Shown here: piece after piece, positions 58,816 through 64,000 of the stretch | How positions within the stretch are numbered: the stretch's first letter is position 1 | Layout of the letters: the number at the start of each line of letters is the position of its first letter | NCBI GenBank assembly: GCA_964016885.1 | Contig: OZ024740.1 | Span: 296,050,001 to 296,114,000, forward strand | Reading direction: 5' to 3' | DNA: 64,000 nucleotides | Origin: Eledone cirrhosa | Taxonomy: Eukaryota | Position numbers and translations under genes: made by a program | The notes under the pieces: generated by a model | The model's database searches: none | Told to the model about the DNA's origin: nothing | The model's input: only the letters and a program-made list of their open reading frames with translations

Positions 58816-59395
58816 CAGGAGTTCTCAAACTTTTGGGGTGACCGCGCCCCTCACGGCCACGTAATACCCTCAACACCGCCAAGTCTCTATTTCCAGAGAG
58901 ACATGCCCACGCGCAAACTGTAAATAATGTAATAAATAAAATCGTTAATTTATATATAATAAATATAATATATACTATGTATGAATAAATATATTTTTTA
59001 ATAATTTGAAAACCATACAATGCATTAGTAAATTAAAGGGGCCAAGGTAATAGAATATTACCTGAGCAAATTTAATAATCCCAAATATTTAAAAACGCAT
59101 TATAAAGGGAATGTCCCTGTGAAGGTCTTAGTATCGATCGGAGATGATTTGTTAGGAAGGTAGGTTTAAGTTAAATGTAATGAAAAGACGTTAAAATTTC
59201 GAGTGCGCGCGTTGTGAAATGTCTGGGAAAAAGTGTGACATATTTTTTTTATTTTACTATATTTATATTTAATTTGTATCCTTTGATATTGAATATAATA
59301 TATTATCTCTACCACCCCTTTAGGCCCCAGTGTCCCCCTAAACCTTCTCTCACCCCCCCCCCCCGGGTCGGTAGCGCCTACCGTGAGGGCCTCTG
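58816..59395. mobile_element. hAT (Charlie-like) non-autonomous element
   Basis: Perfect 8-bp TSD CTCTAGTG (58808-58815, 59396-59403). CAG...CTG ends with degenerate TIRs. Confidence 0.7.
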
Positions 59396-60632
59396 CTCTA
59401 GTGGTACCATTATAATCTAATATTTTTCAATAGCTCAAAAGCACAAAAGCACAATCACTCCTAATATCTGAGAAGCAATATTGTCCTACATGCAGTCTAG
59501 TCTTGGACAACATGCAACTACATCATTGAAATATATTGTAACTGCTAAGCTTCACAATTTTTTTATCTTTTGTGGTTACATCAGACATATGCACACATAA
59601 CTAAAACGTCACCTCCATTCTTAAGAGTATATCCATCCTTTTCAGTTCTGATCCTCTGCTATTTCACAAGAAAGCTAAATACCCACTGTAGAATATCCGC
59701 AGCCAGTAGAAAATGTATTAAACAAAAGTTATACAATGGGGAAAATATTAAAAGGGGATAAGAAAAAAAAAAGGTGGTGGGTAGAGAACAGATCTGGCTG
59801 TATAGTGGTGTTGCTATTACACTCGTATATAAATCTGAAAACACATTACAAAGAAGGCTATCTGATTGATTGACAAATACTCACTCACTAACAGATCACA
59901 GACTCTAAACTCTATTTCACATTTCTTTCTCTCTTGCTAGCTAGTTGCATACTATACCGTCCAGGCGAACCCGCCTCACGTCATATCTATTGTATTACTC
60001 CCAAGTCACATACGTACCACGGTATGCAACACGTCAAAATGCTGGTATTCTCTCTGCGTCCAAATGGTCTTTGTACATGTCGACTTAGAAGTCAACGTAG
60101 AGGTGTTGAAACTGAACTAAAAACATTAAGTAGACAGACTTATTATCTGTTATAAATTTTTACTGTTTCGATTGAGAATGTTATATTTTTTTAGCCTTCC
60201 AATAAAACAAAAATGATAATTTGGTCTTTACAACATGATGCTCTTTGAAATCCGAACTTAATTTCTCTTTCTTCATCAATTACGGGTATCTTTTTTGATA
60301 CATTTCAAACTACTTCTTGATAATCAATTCTTGTTGAAACACCAAGGTTTCTGCTAGGTAAAATCTCATTGATTCGTGTTTTACGGTAGTGACAGATTCG
60401 CGAAGACAATAAAAGTTCTTTCAATTCTGAATGATCTACTTTTGTTCAGAAAATTTAACAAAAGTTTATCTGAATAGTATTTTTTACTTTGATAGTGGTA
60501 GCAATTTGTAGGCTGCTTAATATTTTCCTACATTATATTACGTCTTACTGCATTGATGATACGAGAATTAGTATGGGATTCATTCGCCCGAGATCTTACT
60601 GATGATACTATCGACAGTGAACAATAATCATT

Positions 60633-60633
60633 G

Positions 60634-60664
<31 letters not shown>

Positions 60665-60715
60665 ATATTATATATATATTATATATATATATATTATATA
60701 TATATTATATATATA

Positions 60716-60759
<44 letters not shown>

Positions 60760-62420
60760 TATATATATATATAATATATATTAGATATATATATATATAA
60801 TATATATTAGATATATATATATATAATATATATTAGATATATATATTTATAATATATATTAGATATATATATTTATAATATATATTAGATATATATATAT
60901 ATAATATATATTAGATATATATATTTATAATATATATTAGATATATATATTTATAATATATATTAGATATATATATATATAATATATATTAGATATATAT
61001 ATATATAATATATATTAGATATATATATATATTTATAATATATATTAGATATATATTAGATATATATATATTTATAATATATATTAGATATATATATTTA
61101 TAATATATATTAGATATATATATTTATAATATATATTAGATATATATTAGATATATATATATTTATAATATATATTAGATATATATATTTATAATATATA
61201 TTAGATATATATATTTATAATATATATTAGATATATATATATAATATATATTAGATATATATATATTTATAATATATATTAGATATATATATATATATAT
61301 AATATATATTAGATATATATATATAATATATATTAGATATATATATATAATATATATTAGATATATATATATAATATATATTAGGTATATATATATATAT
61401 AATATATATTAGATATATATATATATATAATATATATTAGATATATATATATATATAATATATATTAGATATATATATATATAATATATATTAGATATAT
61501 ATATATATAATATATATTAGATATATTATATATATATATAATATTATATATATATTAGATATATTATATATATATTATATTATATATATATATATATAAT
61601 GTATATTATATTATATATATAATATATATTATATATATATATAATATATATTATATATATATATATATATAATGTATATTATATATATATATAATATATA
61701 ATATATATATATATATATATATAATATATATATATATAATATATATTATATATATAATATATATATATAATATATATTATATATATAATATATATATATA
61801 TATATAATATATATATATATAATATATATTATATATATAATATATATTATATATATATATATATTATATATATATATATTATATATATATATTATATATA
61901 TATATTATATATATATTATATATATTATATATATATATATATTATATTTATATATATTATATTTATATATATTATATTTATATATATTATATTTATATAT
62001 ATTATATTTATATATATTATATTTATATATATTATATTTATATATATTATATTTATATATATTATATTTATATATATTATATTTATATATATTATATTTA
62101 TATATATTATATTTATATATATTATATTTATATATATTATATTTATATATATTATATTTATATATATTATATTTATATATATTATATTTATATATATTAT
62201 ATATATATATTATATATATATATTATGTATATATATTATGTATATATATTATGTATATATATTATTTTATATATATATATTATATATTATATATTATATA
62301 TATGTTATATATATATATATTATATATATAAATTATATATTATATATATATATTATATATATATTATATATATATATATTATATATATATATATATATTA
62401 TATATATATATATTATATAT

Positions 62421-62462
<42 letters not shown>

Positions 62463-62473
62463 ATAATATATAT

Positions 62474-62518
<45 letters not shown>

Positions 62519-62751
62519 TATATATATATAATATATATATATAATATATATCTATATATAATATATATATAATATATATATATATATAATATATATATAA
62601 TATATATATAATATATATATAATATATATATAATATATATATAATATATAATATATATATATTATATATATATAATATATATATATATATATAATATATA
62701 TATATATATAATATATATATAATATATATTATATATATATATAATATATAT

Positions 62752-62796
<45 letters not shown>

Positions 62797-63004
62797 TATA
62801 TATATATAATATATATATATAATATATATCTATATATAATATATATATAATATATATATATATATAATATATATATAATATATATATAATATATATATAA
62901 TATATATATAATATATATATAATATATAATATATATATATTATATATATATAATATATAATATATATATATTATATATATATAATATATATATATATATA
63001 TAAT

Positions 63005-63036
<32 letters not shown>

Positions 63037-63418
63037 ATATATATATAATATATATTATATATATAGATGTATTATATAATATATATATATTATATAATAT
63101 ATATATATTATATATATAGATGTATTATATATATATTATATATATATATATATTATATATATATATATATTATATATATATATATTATATATATATATAT
63201 TATATATATATATATATTATATATATATATATTATATATATATATATTATATATATATATATTATATATATATATATTATATATATATATATTATATATA
63301 TATATATTATATATATATATATATAATATATATATAATACATCTATATATATAATATATATATATTATATAATATATATATATTATATAATACATCTATA
63401 TATATAATATATATTATA

Positions 63419-63459
<41 letters not shown>

Positions 63460-63807
63460 TATATATATATATATATATTATATATATATATTATATATAT
63501 ATATTATATATATATATATTATATATATATATATTATATATATATATATTATATATATATTATATATATATATATTATATATATATATATTATATATATA
63601 TATATTATATATATATATATTATATATATATATATTATATATATATATATTATATATATATTATATATATATATATTATATATATATATATTATATATAT
63701 ATATATTATATATATTATATATATTATATATTATATATATTATATATATATATATTATATTATATATATTATATATATATATATTATATATATATATATT
63801 ATATATA

Positions 63808-63854
<47 letters not shown>

Positions 63855-63896
63855 ATATTATATATATATATATTATATATATATATATTATATATA

Positions 63897-63939
<43 letters not shown>

Positions 63940-64000
63940 ATATTATATATATATATATTATATATATATTATATATATATATTATATATATATATATTAT
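60633..64000. repeat. Large TA-derived satellite with higher-order sub-arrays
   Basis: TATATTAGATATA(TA)nA units at ~60755-61560 and a 15-bp ATTATATTTATATAT array at ~61941-62180. Runs to the window end. Confidence 0.95.

Noticed and set aside
60595-60635. CTGATGA-TACT..AGT-GAAC next to the TA array
   Set aside because: GAAC rather than GAAA and no closing stems.

Overview
AT-rich, microsatellite-dense animal genomic DNA. The SINE types, the (TA)n/(CA)n load and the GST suggest a mollusc, probably an octopus; this is inference only. Almost all ORF-track entries are repeat artefacts. The only host gene I can support is the first coding exon of a sigma-class glutathione S-transferase/S-crystallin-like gene (43458-43593, +), followed by an apparently very long intron. 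The first ~43 kb is a mosaic of inserts in (TA)n tracts: three large decayed Penelope-like elements (PLEs; RT plus C-terminal GIY-YIG), RTE- and CR1-like LINE fragments, tRNA-derived SINEs, DNA-transposon MITEs and many short non-coding inserts. Read on both strands, these inserts and PLE ends carry roughly 18 type-I hammerhead ribozyme (HHR) motifs, intact or slightly decayed, from many unrelated families. They include two non-canonical cores: a compensatory U3:A8 core in a 587-nt unit with perfect 115-bp direct repeats, and a U4A core conserved in three copies. Several fold-back inversions are centred on HHR helices. All folds were derived by eye and no activity is demonstrated.
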